A stretch of DNA of 64,000 nt from NCBI GenBank assembly GCA_958009085.1, contig OY253684.1, forward strand, positions 744,001 through 808,000. The letters are read 5' to 3'. Numbering within the stretch: position 1 is the first letter of the stretch; each line of letters starts with the position of its first letter. Below the pieces are notes generated by a model that was not told the DNA's origin, did not search any database, and worked only from the letters and a program-made list of their open reading frames with translations. Position numbers and translations under genes: made by a program. This stretch comes from Protoeuglena noctilucae. Lineage: Eukaryota. Positions 1 through 14,204 of the stretch are shown here, piece after piece.

Positions 1-3000
1 CCGACGTGCTCGGTGCAGCAGGTGGCAGCGCGAGCAGGCCCAACTCGTCACGGACGCGTTGGCACCGGGCCAAGGCCGCCAGCAGCCCTGCGAGGTCCTC
101 CGGGACCAGCGCCGCCACCTGCCGCGCCGAGAGCGTCACGGGCGCGGAGTACCACTCCGAGAGGTCGGCCAGCAGACCACGCAGGTCGCGACCCTCTGGG
201 GCGGTCACCGCATCCGGCGCCGCATCCAAAGCAGTGATCCCTGCGCCACTCGGCCCCGCGCCTTGCACCGCTGCCGCGATGGCGCGACGGGTCGCGTCGC
301 TGACGGCGGGGAAGCGGCTTGCCAGGAAGGTCCGCGACTCCCGTCCCGCCCCGTCGCTCTCTCCACCCGCCACTACCCTCCCCTCCACCTCCGCCCACCG
401 CAGCACAGCCCGCAAGTCGTCCGTCGACTCTCCCAGAGCTGCGCCGGAGGGCTGTCGGCCTCCCAAGCTGCCTCGCGCGCCGTTTGCGAGGGCGAGTGTG
501 GCTGCCACCACCGCCTCCGCCACCAGCGGGGCGGCTCGCTGGAAGGCCAGCTGCAGGAGCTCGGGCGGCGCCGGTGCGCCCCACAGCGCGGGATCGCGCC
601 ACCAGCCCCGCTCGGCCGCGGCCCGGTAGGGGAGGGGCACGTCGAGGAGGTCACGAAGGGCGGTAGGGCCCCGCGCTGATCTCATCCGCCTCCCCCTCGC
701 GGCCAGCACGGTGCCGCGTTTGTCGAACCACGGCGCGGCGCACGCGTTGACGACGGCCACGCCCTCCTGCGACACCCGGGCCAGCGCGGCCGCTGCGTCC
801 GTGTCCGCCCTTGCGGCGGCAAAGACGGAGCGATAGGCGCTGAAGACGTCGGCGCGCTGGTCGCGGGTCAGGGAGCCGAGTCGGCCGATGAGGGACTCGA
901 CCGCGGCCACGAGCGTCGAGGCGTCGAGGGCTCCGGAGGCATGGAGCGTGCGGACGAGCCCGGTGATCACCCTGCAAGGAGGCACAACATGCGAGGGAGT
1001 CCCATCGTTGCGCGATTCATAAGCATGATGACTACCAAGGACCTGCTAGCTGTAAACGTACAGCAATAAGCGACGCGACTCACCGGGGGGGCGCGTCCGG
1101 CACGACCCAATCACTGGCAGATGCTTGCAAGTCCCGAAGCTCGTCCCTCGTAAAGGGGTGCCCCGAGGCAGGAGCGGAGGCGAGGAGCGAGACGAGGCTG
1201 TCGGGCCGCAACGTGTCGAGATCCCGCAGCGCCGTGCGAACCAGAGCGTCGACGGCGGACCGTGGCGCGGGGCTGCCAGACGCCGCTGCCGCCGCCCCCA
1301 CCCGCACCAGCCGCGCCGCCATGTCACCGTCCATGCACCCGTCCATGGCCAGACCCTCCGCGGCGTCCCACAGCCGCGCCACCCAGTCCGCGCCCCAGTC
1401 CACCGCCGCACCACCTGCCCCGTGCCCCTCGCCTGCCTCGTCACTCCCGCGCCTGTCCGCCGGGCTCCCCTCGCCCTGCGACCCCCTCTGGAGGTCCTCC
1501 AGGGCCACCATCGCCCCGCGCACCGCGACGGCCACCTCGCTGCCGTTTGGCTCCACCATGGACTGCAGCACTGCCTCCATCGCCTCCCGCACCTGCGCCC
1601 CGGACCGTGCCGTCGCCAGCGCCCGCAGCCCCTCCTCGCGACCCGGCGAGGCCGCTCCCGCGACGCCCTCGCTCCGCTGGTCGGCCCCTCTCTCCGCCAT
1701 CAGCCGGCACCGGGACAGCAGCCGCGCCGCCAAGGGCGAGAGCTCTGGGGTAGACCCAGACGCCTCCCCAGCTGCCGCCCACCGCCGCCAGAGCCCCGCA
1801 GCGACGGGGTTCGGGAGCTGATGGCCCACGAAGCGCAGAGACTCGAGGGCCGCGGCGATGGACGTCGGGCGGGGCGCAGGGCACGCGACGAGCGCGGCTG
1901 TTAGGGGTGCCACCGCACGACTCGACCGGCGCCTAGTGCCCGCCCCAGCGCCGCCCTCGCCCTCCTGTCGCCCGGCTGCGGTGTTGTCGTCCATGTAAGC
2001 TTCCCGCTTGTCCTGCGCCACGCGGGCCAGCATGGAGCACGCCGCGCTTTCGACAGCGTCCCACAGACCCGGAGTGTGGGGCCCGAGGCACCCGGTCCAG
2101 TGAGCCGAGTCGACGGCCTCCAGCAGCGCCAGTCGCTCGGCATCGCTGACTGTAGATTGAGGCCCCAGGAGCTCCCCGGCAGCGGCGGCCACCTGGGCCA
2201 CGACATCGTCCGGCAGCGGGGTCGTCTGGGCAAGGGCCAACAGCGCCTGCACCGTCGCAGAGGGACCGACGACCCCGGCGTCTGCCCTGCCGTCGGACGG
2301 CTGCCCGAGGACCCCACGGCCAAGCAGGGTCGGCGCGTCAGAGCCCACACCGTCGCCGTCCTGTACATCCGCCCCGCCCCGCGCCTCTCCCAGCGTCGCA
2401 AGGGCGGCACGCGCCACGGTCGCCGCCGCAGCCTCCGCGACGTCAGGGGCGCTCGCTTGCGAGGCTTGCAGCTTCACGAGCCGCCTCAGAGCCGCCGTGG
2501 TCACACGGAGTCGAGACTCGACGCTGTCTGTGGGAATGGGCACATGCTAGTGGATAAGGAGAGCCAATCTGACCAAACCGTATCTGGTGCGGCATCGAGA
2601 TGCTCAAAAGTTGTCCATGCACGCATGAGCACAGTCGGAGCAGCATTGATAACGTCCCTCCACTGTGCGAGGTCCCCACCGTATGGCGCAGCTGGCCCAC
2701 CTGGTCTCGCCTCCTCGACCGCCTCCACGACCTCCGCGATCGAAGACCCCGTCTTGGCACGCTTGTACGGCATCGTTCGCGGCTTGCTGCTGTACCCGCG
2801 TGCGTCCAGGGAGGCGTCGGGGAGGTCGGAAAACAGAGCGCGGAGGTCGGCGGCGAGCCGGGGCGACATGGACTGTCCCTCCGACAACGCGCCGACCGCT
2901 GCGGGGCGGAGAGAGCGACACTGGCATTTATACTCATGAATGAAACAATGGCATCACCTGACAGGGTGTTCAGAGGGCGTGCATTATTAAGCTTGAGTCA

Positions 3001-6000
3001 GGGGGTGCAGCTGTGGTCACCCTCCTCTGCCAGGCGCGCCCCGTCGGTGACGCAGAGCGTGCTGGTGGTGGCATCGACCGCCGCGCGAAGCACGACGGGC
3101 GCAGTGAGCGCTCCCTCTCCTGCCACCCACCACCGGTCCAACCCCGCCTGTGGGCACGGACGCAATGACATCCCAATTCGTGCATGGACCGCAGATATCT
3201 AAAATATATCCCCTATATCTGTATCACGCGAGAGAGCTGTCGGGCAGTCGACAGACCTGGGCCGAGCCTCACGAAGGCAGATGTGTTAGGTGACGATGTG
3301 TGTCGAGTGTCAGCAGCGTGGTTTGCGAGTGCTCGCCTGGATGGCGTGCAGGAGCATGTCGTGCGCGTATGGCTCGTCCCTCCGCGCTCCGCAGTCGGAC
3401 TTGACCTTCTCCACCAGGAGCCGCAGCATCTTGAGCAGCGTGTGGGGCGTGAGAGACCCGACTGAAGACAGCGCCTGCAGAGAGAGTCGGGAAACATTTG
3501 AGGGCTTTGGTTCATGTGATGAGTGCAGTTGTCTGAGGTGGCGCAGGCACTCGCATGTTGGCTGTGAGGCAGAGCTGCCTAGGGATGCTGAGGCACGATG
3601 AAAGATGTGCTCCCACTTCGCATGATGCGTGTGAGGTGCGCGTAGTCTCCATCTCACGTGCGTGCGCGTGCACTCACCTGCATGGTCCGGACAAGGCCCG
3701 GGAGGGACATGCGCTCGGCAGCGATGGCGGCGTTGTGCGCCAACACGTGTGTGTCTTCCCACCCCGTCGGGGGCTGCAGGCGCACGGACGCTTGGATCGC
3801 GCGCACCACGACGCGGGGGTCATGGATCTGGCCCATCTGTCGGAAGAAGAGGCGGACCTGTCGGGCACAAGGGCGGTCTCGGTGATCAGAGCGGCGGTCA
3901 CAGCACAGGGTGCTGTGGTGCTAGCCTGGCATGCCGCTCACAGCTGCCGATGTGCGTTGCGACCGCTCACCAGGTCTCCCGGCTGGCAGGCGTCCCGGGT
4001 GGCAGCGACGTCGCGGGTGATGGTCGACAGGGAGGCGAGCGCCAGGGCCGCCTGGCGCGGGTGCACCCCGGAGGACATTTGGGACACGGCGGCGACGAGG
4101 GAGGTGAGGAATCGCGATTCCCTGTAAGTCAGGGGCGCCCTCCCTTTGTCCTGAGGAAACGGGGAGGCGAGGGTTCATATGGGCCATGCGCGTGTGGGGA
4201 AGGAGAGCTGGCGTCATCTGAAAGACCCCATCCGCCCTGAGTATTGACGAGCGTCGCCACGCTGCACACCACCAGCCTCGCCACAGCATCGAAGCGGCAC
4301 TCGCCCGCAGGAGGTTGGCGCATCGCACGACGGCGTGGAAGGTCGCGACGGAGGTGGGCCGGGGGCCCCCCGCTGCCTCAAGCACGGTCGCCACGTCTTG
4401 TATCGACTTCGCACCTCCCAAACGCTCTTGCACCGACAGCGCCAACCCCGCAGCGTCCACCCCAGCCATGGCCTCGCTCACCACCGCCATGGCGCTGGCA
4501 GAGAGGCCCTGCAAGTGGCGATCAAAGGCCTGGGTTTCCTCTGATCACAATTGCCTGTCACTGCCGGCAGCAATGTGAGAGCATGCGAACGGGCCCACTG
4601 GCCGCAAAGCGTGTCACGCATGAGCGCACCGCAGTCACCTGGAGGGCCGATGGGCTTTCTCGGCGCAGGATGTCCACTGCTTCCCGCACCCGCGCGGCGC
4701 CCTTCTCCATCCCGCTCCCCAGCGCGGCCAAGGGCCCGACGGCCTCAGCCACGGCAGACAGAGCCCGAGCATCGTCCACGCCCACCGCAGCCGTGCACCG
4801 CAAGACCTGCGAGCGGCGAAGCCCTTATGCGTGCACACACATCGCCCGCACCTAGTAGCTACGAGCTAGGTGCAGGTGCAAGAGATTAACCTGCCAGGTT
4901 GCTGCGGGACGGGGCTTGGCGAGTGACTTGCGCCGCACCGCACCTGCGCTGCCAGTCCGTGGCCCAGGGTCGGTGCCACTGCGGCGATCCTGGAGGACAG
5001 GGAGGCGGCCTGAGGAGAAGAGGGCTCCAGGCGGAGGCCGAGGGACACGAGGAGGCGCAGGGCGCTCGCGAAGTCGGCGCCAGACACGCACTGCAGGCTT
5101 GCGAGGCCGAGCTGGCACGCGCGCTCCCGCAACGCTGTGAAGGTAGGCGGCCACCTGGGGATGCGGACATCTCACGTATCGTCAGGATACGACGGGCATG
5201 TGGTAGGACAGGCGATGTTGCAACGGCCTTGCGCCCCGCAGCCCCTCACGTGGCGAGGGTCTGCTGTGTCAGGACGAGGCTGTCCGCTCCCGTGGCCGGG
5301 TCATGATAGCAGAGGCGCAGGTACGCCAGAGCCGCGCTGGAGGCGCGCAGGACGACCAGGCATGCCTGCAAATGAGGGTGGAGAGGACCGTGTGCAGACT
5401 TGGTTGAGTGCTTCGCCAAGAGGCCATGACTCATGCAAGCGGCCTCATGCATCACTCTTGCACGAAATGTTATCCGGCGTCCTGTGCTAGCGAGACCGCG
5501 CACCCGGGTGTCCGTGGGAGATGCGGCATCGGCCGTCGCTTGCACAGTCCCCGCCATCCATGCCACGTCGTCGTCGGTGGGCGCGGCTCGCCCGGCCAGC
5601 ATTTGGCCCCGGGACTCCGCGGCTAGGCGTCGCCTGCGCAAAGAAGCAGGGCAGGGCAGTCAGAGCCTGCGCTGGGCGCAAAGGTCACGACCTGGGGCCC
5701 GGCTCTCGCCACTGCGGTGGCCACCTGAGGTACGCGGTGCCGATGGAGAGCCCGAGAAGGGCGTCCTCGAATCCGACGGAGCTCTCGGCGTCCTCCAAGC
5801 AGCGCCGAACGTCAGCAAGGGTCCGGCATTCGCCAAGCCGCGCCTGGGTCGTATCTGCCGGCTCTCTCAGCGCCGGGGCGGCAGCGGCATGCAAGCTGTA
5901 AGGGCGCCCCGAATGGAGAAACAAGGAAGGACTGCGTAGAGTGGTAAAGGCATGCCGTTCGCGAATCATCAACCGCAGAAAATCGCTGGTAGCTCCAGCA

Positions 6001-6030
6001 GTGCTCACCTGCGCCACCCGGACCTCATGA
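1..6030 (-). CDS. Large multi-exon gene of unknown function, Ala/Leu-rich and probably alpha-helical repeat type; runs off the window edge; 5' end uncertain and may be more than one gene
   Basis: Long minus-strand open stretches (1080-2543, 1-975, 2680-2899 and several between 3300 and 5950) are bounded by GT/AG sites, e.g. TAC G|gtgggg...ttcccacag|AC AGC. No family motif recognised. Confidence 0.45.
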
Positions 6031-7134
6031 CGTCCAGCGTGGGGGCTTCGGCAGCATTAAATGGGCAATGAAGCGCTCGCTGCACGCCGGATGTACGAAA
6101 TCGGGCCCCCAAGCACGCCTGATGCGATGCGACACTCAGCCACCCTCTGTGGTCCCTCCAGGACGCCCGCGCAAACGATTCCGACTCCCACGACCATCTT
6201 GCACCACGTGGCTTTGTTCGGACAGCTGTGCGTTCCTCAACAGGCCAAGGGGTCAGTCCGTGGGGCCGTCCTTGGCACAGCACGGGCAAGGGGCGCCGAG
6301 GGAGCCCGCGATCGCAGGTCTCGGGCCCCGCCGCTCCACTCCTTGCATCCCTCAGATTGGCGAACACCTGCACGATGAGCGTACGGGGTCAAAAGATGGA
6401 ATGCGACGGTAGGGGCCCCGCGGCCGCCATCGGGCCCATTTGCACTGCCCACGCACCCGACCCCAACGATGGATGCCCTCCCGCGGAGCCGGAGCCGCAT
6501 ATTGACTAGCGACCAAAAGAGATGGGTCGGCAGGAGGGAAAGTTGCCTCCCTCTCCTGCTCCATCGGAAGCGCTCCACGACGTCCTCCTAACAGTGCGCG
6601 TCTCCAAGCCTCTCTACTGCATGACACATCGTTTGGCGTGAGATTTGGTGCTAACACCAAAGTGGAGGACCAGAAGTAGCCAGGCCAGTGTTGTGGTCTC
6701 TGGCAGCCCTCGGGTGTTGCCCACTGGCACCCACTGGCACGGTTTAACCTGCTGGGAGTGCGGCAAGGTGTGAAGTGGTGGCACTGGGCCCATCCTTCTC
6801 GAGCTGCATCTCATCCGACAAGTGAGTTTTGTGACGCAGCAAGCTCTTGACCGACACGTCACCTCAAGTGTGCGGTGTGCGGATCAGCTGCGCACAGAAC
6901 ATGCCAGCGCGCAACTGGAGGGCCACAGCTGCACCGTTGGCATCCGCTGCAACTGCTTGCCAGCCTCCTGGGCCAGGAGCTGTGCAGGCAGCCGCGTGTT
7001 ACAGCCTAGCGGCTGCGGCCGCCGAGTTTCGCAGTGGCATGTCGCCACCGCCAGACGAGGCTAAGTGTGCTGCCAAAGTACGAAAGTCACTCTTAAATCG
7101 TGCAGCGGAGCGAAGCAACCATGCAGCCTAAAAT

Positions 7135-9342
7135 TTACCAGGCCTTGCAGCTGTTGAGCATGCCCGTGCTCGAGTCCATGAGCAGGCTCAGCACCGTGTC
7201 GAGCATCGCGCCCTCATCGTAGCGGTTGATGACCTGGGTCTTGGCCAGCGTGTGCGCCGTCGAGTTGAGGGTCTTGAGCGAGGCCGACCACGTGGAGGCG
7301 TAGTTGGCCGACGTCTGGAGGGACGTGTTCTTGCTCACGGACGTCGCGAAGCTCTCGGCGAAGGTCTCGAGCTTGGTCTGGTAGTAGTTGCGGTCGCGGA
7401 TGCCGAACGCGCCGGGCGCGAAGTAGCCCATGGAGAAGAAGAGCGACGAGACGAGGCCGGCGAAGATGAGCGTCAGCACCCAGCCGGCAATGATCTTGGG
7501 GAGCACCCAGTAGTTGACGCCGCCGCTGCGCTCGGTCAGGCCGATGCCCACCACCGACCCCGTAATGCAGTGCGTCGTCGACAGCGGCAGGCCCAGCTTG
7601 GACCCAATCACGATGATGAAGGCCGCGCCCAGCTCCGCCGCGAACCCACGCGTCGCCGTCATCTTGGCGATCTTGACGCCAAGCATTCGCATGATGATGT
7701 AGCCCATCGTCGAGAGACCGACGCAGATGCCGGCGCCGCCCATGAAGAGGATCCAGTAGAGGTTGTTCTTGGTCGAAGCGTCCGTCTTCTTGGTCAGCTT
7801 GCGGGTCTTGTACACGTACCAGATCCCGGCCATGGGGCCCACCGAGTTGGCGATGTCGTTGGCGCCGTGGGCAAAGGACATGGACATGGCCGTGAAGACC
7901 TGGAGGTACTTGAACGCCTCCTCCGTGCGCGCATCGAACACCTCGGCGGCGGAGTGGATGGCACCCACGTGCACGTCCGTCTCAATCACGGCGTGCACGT
8001 CCGAGTCGAGGCCCTTGAACACCGTCTTGAAGATGGACTTGCCCTGGCCCTCCTCGAGCGCGGCCTTGCGCTCCTTGGCCTGGGTCTCAAGCTCCCGGAT
8101 GCGGGCCGTGTCGCAGACATACCAGTCGGGGTTCTCGGGGTCCTGCGTGCGTACGCGGGGTTCACGGGGGTGAGCGGATGGTAGAAAAGGAGAGGCGGGG
8201 GTAGCGGGGAGACAGTGCCTGTGCATGCGCAGGCCTGTTGGCATAAGTTGCAGGCAAGCGCTCATCCACCGCGCCGCCACTTCAACCCCCCCCCTCACCA
8301 CGACGATCTCGCCACGCTCCATGCGAGCGCGGAACATGGCCTCAGCCTTGGGCATGAAGACGACCTTGGTGATGGCCCCAATGATGACGGCGACACCGGC
8401 ACCCGTGCCGAGGCCGATGGCAATGCACTGGTTGTTGGTCAGGTAGGACGTGCGGGACTGCATGCAAAGGGATGGCTGTGGGTCAGCGGCAGCAGGGCAA
8501 GCGGCAAGGCAAGTGCACCCCCAATGCAGCACCAAGCCAAGAGCACGCAGCCCCGCAGCCCTCGCGCTTCCGTGCACACCTTGGCGCCGGAGAGCACCAT
8601 GAAGAGCACGTCGATGGACACGGTGAGGAACACCCAGATCGGCAGGGAGATCCACGACCGGATGTACGAGTTCCGGTGGCGCAGCACGAAGGTGCGCGCG
8701 CAGAGGAAGAAGATGGATGCGAGGATGCCGGAGCACACGGGCGAGAACACCCACGAGATGACGATGCCGGCGACGCCAGTGATGGGGAAGTTGGGGGCCT
8801 TGGCAATGCCGTACCACTGGATGGCGTTACGGCCGTGCGAGACGAGGCCGAACCCGATGACGGCGCCGACGATGGAGTGGGTCGTGGACACGGGCAGCTC
8901 GAGCAGCGTGGCAGCGATGAGGAAGATGCCGGCAGCGGCCAGCGAGCACATCATGCCGAACATCATGACCTCGGGAGCATCGGTGAAGTACTTGTAGCTG
9001 AGAATGCCCTGCAGCGCAGTTGGCCAGGTAAGGATCAGCCAAGCTGACGCTCGCCTGCCAACGGCAGGTAGGCTGCCGTCGGTGCGCCTCGCCATGGCGC
9101 GGCGTTCAGCGCAGCAGACTCACTCCGCGGATGGTGTCCGTCACATTGGCGCCGAGGCCGAGGGCACCCGACATCTCGCACACGGCCGCGACGATGAGCG
9201 CCTGACGGATCGTCAGGGCGCGCGAGCCCACGCTCGTACCGAAGGAGTTGGCGATATCATTCGCACCGATGCCGTAAGCCATGAAGAGGCACAGGATGCC
9301 TCCCACGGCCACGATCCACAGGTAGTCGTTGAAGTGCTGCAT
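7135..9342 (-). CDS. PiT/PHO4-family (PTB-type) inorganic phosphate transporter, copy 1, spliced
   Basis: Both PiT signatures are present (GIGANDIANSFGTSVGS and FAHGANDIANSVGP), as are PVSTTHSIVG and PLSTTHCITG. ATG at 9342, TAA at 7135, three introns. Confidence 0.95.
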
Positions 9343-10155
9343 TGCGCCTGCGGACAGCAAAAGTAGCGGGAGCGGTTAAAGGCACGTGCGCATCGACTTG
9401 CGAGATGGCGCAGCGGCATCGCGGCCGGCCGCTGGGCTCTGCTCCATGTCCAGGGCAGGTGCGGCACCAGGCAGCGCAAGGGCGCGCGCTGCACCTCCTG
9501 GAGCGCGCGCAAGCAACATTCGTTGCAAAATTCAAAGGCCTCCGGGGGCGCTGGGCCCCGGAAACCCCACAGCCGCCGGGCGGGTCCCGGCCATGCCAAC
9601 AGCAGGTAGTTAGCGAATATCGCGTGCGGAAGAGAATCACGCCCGCGCAACCACACATTTGCGGAGGAAACTTGCAATGATGTGGCGCGGCGGGCGCGCG
9701 CACCGCAGATTCGCTGGCGGGAGAGCAGCGGAGGCCGCCGCATCCCTCCGCCCGCCGCGCTACCCGTCTCCTCCCCGGGAGGCGGCCGCGCGCCCGGACC
9801 GGCCCCCGCAGCGAGGATATTGTCGGAAACGGATAAAAGAAAGCGCGCGGGGGCCGCAAGGTTGTCAAGGGGGAACGGGACCAGCGTGTAGAGCCGCCCG
9901 CCGCCTCCAGCAAAACCACCGCATCCCCGGCCCGGGAGCATGTCCATTGTTCATGATAAAACCGCATCGCTTCCACTTACGAGGACTGCCGCCCGGAGGC
10001 GGCGCAACTGTCGACTCCCTGGCTTCTGCGGTGGGCGCCCTCCTGCTCACCTGTCGCTCTCTGATGCCTCCCCTTCTTCCGGGACGCTTGTGGCGACGAA
10101 GAGAAATGGTTGGGAGGCGGGGGGCGCGCGGCTTTTTGAGCTCTGCGCTCAGGGA

Positions 10156-10163
10156 GAATATTC
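10156..10163. promoter_or_regulatory. P1BS-like motif GAATATTC upstream of PiT copy 1
   Basis: Exact match to GNATATNC, the plant PHR1 site, about 800 bp upstream of a phosphate transporter ATG. A single 8-mer could be chance. Confidence 0.3.
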
Positions 10164-11051
10164 CTGGCCCTGACGCTGCCCGAGACGTCTCGGGACATCT
10201 CACCCCCTGTCAGTCCATACTTCGCCCAAATCCAGAGGCCGTGCGGTGCCCCACACGGTGTCTGCAATGCTGCATATGGAGGGAAATCTCGGCTCTGTCG
10301 CCCTCGGTGCACCGGGGCCTGCGTGGGCCACTCGCACGCCCCTGGCTGTGCTGCATCGCAGTTGCTGCATCCTGGGGGAGCCGGATGAGAGTGTTGCAAG
10401 AACTGCACATGATCATTCCAAGCTCGCGGCGTCGCTCGGACGCCTCAAAGCGCGCAGTGCTTGAGAGGCTGGGCATGCATGCCCGAGCCCAGCCTCGCCG
10501 CCCTCACCGCGTGCTGGAGCGCCACATGGGCGTTCCAAGAGGGGATCTCACACATCCGGATGATGTGATCCAGGTGACGTGCCGACCTTGGGATGGCGCA
10601 CTCTTCTGCATCTGCATGGACGGCGCGCACGCAGATGTTTGCCGCTTACAGCACGAGGGTCTCTGGGCCCGCTGAACTCTTACGGCGTCTTCATGTTGTG
10701 AGACACAGGGCACAGGGCACAAGGCGCCGCGCTTGTGGGCACTCGCCTTGTGAACGGTCCCGCCGCCGTGCGTCGTTCTCCTTCTGTGCCACGGCGAGGC
10801 CCCCTGCATGCAGTTGGAAACCTCTCCACCCCCGTCGCGCGGCGCAGCTCCGCACTGCAGCCGTGCGTGAGCCAGCACAACGCGGTCCCCGGCAGCTGCA
10901 GCTGCTGCACAAGCTCTCGCGCCTACCTGTAAGCTCGGCCGAGGGGCGTTGTCTCGCGCGCGCAAGCCACTGCCAGGTCGTAACCATCACGCTATTCAAC
11001 GTCGCATACCGAAAGCACAAGCATAGTAGCACGAGCACAACAGCCAGCCCC

Positions 11052-13430
11052 CTACCACGAGTTGCAGCTGTTGAAGACGCCCGTCTTGGAGTCGGTCAGC
11101 AGGCTCAGCACGTTGTCCAGCAGCGCGCCCTCGTCGTAGCGGTTGATGACCTGGGTCTTGGCCAGGCTGTGCGCCGTCGAGTTGAGGCTGGTGGCCACGG
11201 CCGACCACGTGGAGGCATAGTTGGGCGACGTCTGCAGGGACGCGTTGCTCGTGACGGCCGACGCGATGCTCTCGGCGAAGCTCTGGACCTTGGTCTGGTA
11301 GAAGTTGCGGTCGCGGATGCCGTACGCCCCGGGGGAGAAGTACGAGATGGAGAAGAAGAGCGCGCACACGAAGCCGCAGAAGATGAGGGTGATGATCCAG
11401 CCGAAGATGATCTTGGGGAGGATGAAGTAGTTGACGCCGCGGCTGCGCTCCAGCAGCCTGCAGAGGTGACGTGGGAGGGGTGAGAGGGTCATCCAAGACA
11501 CGGTGCGTGAGCAGACCGCCTGCCTCGTGAGCACACTGCCTGAAACTGCCCTCGCGCTGGGGAGGGGACGAGCAACGCCGCGAGAAACTCACCCGATGCC
11601 CACCACCGACCCCGTGATGCAGTGCGTCGTCGACAGCGGCAGGCCCAGCTTGGACCCAATCACGATGATGAAGGCCGCGCCCAGCTCCGCCGCGAACCCG
11701 CGCGTGGGGGTCATCTTGGCCACCTTGACGCCGAGCGTGCGCATGATGATGTAGCCGAGCGTCGAGAGGCCGAGGCAGATGCCCAGCGCGCCGAGCGCCA
11801 GCAGCCAGTACATGTCGTTGACGGTCGCGCTGTCCGTCTTCTTGGTCAGCTTGGAGGTCTTGTACACGTACCAGATGCCGGCCATGGGGCCCACCGAGTT
11901 GGCGATGTCGTTGGCGCCGTGGGCAAAGGACATGGACATGGCCGTGAAGACCTGGAGGTACTTGAACGCCTCCTCCGTGCGCGCATCGAACACCTCGGCG
12001 GAGGTGTGGACGGCGTTCACGCGCGCGTTGGTGTCGATCACGGCGTGGACGTCGTTGTCGAGCCCCTGGAAGACGGTCTTGATGATGGACTTGCCCTCGC
12101 CCTCCGCGAGGTCCAGCTTCTTCTGCCTGCGCTCGGCCTCCAGCTCACGCACGCGAGCCATGTCGTAGACGTACCAGTCGGGGTTCTCGGGGTCCTGCGG
12201 GCGTGTCAAAGCGAGCAGCCCACGTCAGTGCCAAAGGGGTGGGGCAGCGCGTGCGCCACCGTGGGAACACAAGTGCCACGCAGATGCGTATGCAGGTGCA
12301 GGGGTCCTGTCCCCGCCCCCCAGGGACTCACCGCCACGATCTCGCCCTTCTCCATCCGCTCGCGGAACATCGCCTCCGCCTTGGGCATGAACACGTGCCT
12401 GATGAGGAAGGCAACGATGATGGCGACGCCCGCGCCGGACGCGAGACCGATCCCCACCTGAACGCCCACGTTGTTCTTCACCGCGGGGGCCTCCTTATTC
12501 TGGAGCGGACAACGGAGGACAGCCGTGAATCGCCGCTGGGCACCCGCTGGACGCTGCGGCAGTAGATCAGCGCGAGACGAGCACATGTCGAGCGCAGCAC
12601 AGCTGAACAAAAGCAAGGGGCAGGCTGGTGCCTGCGCGGGCCCTCGCCTTGGCGCCAGCGAGCGTCATGAAGAGCACATCGATGGAGATGCTGATGAACA
12701 CCCAGATCGGCAGGGAGATCCAGCCGCGGATGTAGGAGTTCTTGTAGCGCAGCACGAACGTCCTGGCGGACCAGAAGATCATCGCGGCAAGGATACCCGA
12801 GCAGACCGGCGAGAAGACCCACGAGATGACGATGCCGGCGACGCCAGTGATGGGGAAGTTGGGGGCCGCGGCAATTCCGTACCACTTGACAGCGCTCGAG
12901 CCATGCGAGACCAGGCCAAACCCGATGATAGCGCCGACGATAGAGTGCGTGGTGGAGACGGGCATCTCCCACAAGGTGGCGAGGACCATGAAGATGCCGG
13001 CCGCGCCCAGGGAGCACATCATGCCCAACATCATGACCTCGGGAGCATCGGTGTACACCTTGTAGTTAAGAATCCCCTGCGCAGCGACGGCGGCATCGTT
13101 GTTGAGGTCTCGTAGACAAAGCGTTGCGGGCGCCAAGCTCGATTGCCGACGCCGGTGTTCAAGACAAAAAGTGCAAAGAAGGCACAGCACGCTGGCGCAG
13201 CTCACCCCACGGATGGTATCCGTCACGCTGAAGCCGAGACCCATGGCGCCGGCACTCTCGCAGAAAGCCGCCACGATGAGCGCCTGGCGAATGGTGAGGG
13301 CGCGCGAGCCGACGCTCGTGCCGAACGAGTTGGCCGTGTCATTGGCCCCAATTCCGTAGGCCATGAAGATGCCGAGGACGCATCCCACTCCCACGATCCA
13401 CGTGTAGTCCGTGAAGTGATTGTAGTGCAT
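11052..13430 (-). CDS. PiT/PHO4-family phosphate transporter, copy 2, spliced
   Basis: GANDTANSFGTSVGS and HGANDIANSVGP motifs; four introns, one with a GC donor; ends CNSW-TAG. Confidence 0.95.
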
Positions 13431-14204
13431 CTTGGCCGCCGAGAGCTGCCGCGACGCGTGTCACTGCAGCACAGAGGGTGCATGTGGTTGGGTTGTCACA
13501 CAAGACAGCGAAGAAAGAGGCACCTTGAGCAAGGCGGCAAACGAATACAACGACCAACCGCATCCGAAAACAGCCGCCTTCCCCTCCCCAGCGGGCGCGA
13601 GCTGGCGGGAGGCCCGGCCAGCTGCGGCGGCTGGCCATGTCCTGGGGCCGGCCGGGCACCGAAAAGGCTCTGCGCTTCCCCGTCCGCGAGCAACAGCTCG
13701 TCATCAGGAAGTGTTGCGGCGCGGAAAAGCTCCAAGAGGGCGGCCAAAGGTGACGCGGGGGGCCCGAGATGCCTCCCCACCCCAGGCCCCGTCTACGCGC
13801 GCCGCCCGCGAGCACATCGCCCAGAAGGCCGGCACAACGCAAAGGAAAAGGTTAAAAAAGCGCGCATCCGGGGCCTTGGGAGGCGCGTGCGGCGCGGCGG
13901 CGGGCATCTCGGGGGCCCCATGCGGTGGCGGGCGCCGGCGCCCAGCGACCCCGCCACCGCGTTCGGCAGGCAGAAATAAAGCTCAAGAGGCGCTATTTGT
14001 AAGCGGACAGGGCCATGACCCACCCAACGGTCACCATCGGTCACCCAGGTGCGTCGCCATACGGCAGCCCACTCACCGCGATGGAGGTCCGCAAGCGCCG
14101 TCCGGGCCTTGGGATGTCGGTTGATGAGGGCGGATGGCGCAGGAACGGCGCAGGAGCGACGGAAAAGGCCGGACCGACGGGGAATCTCCCTGACGTCAGG
14201 AGTT

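Noticed and set aside
14189..14200. 12-bp palindrome CCTGACGTCAGG as the symmetry centre of the large inverted repeat
   Set aside because: Symmetry breaks right outside it and the true centre is hidden in the gap; at most it is a bZIP-type site.
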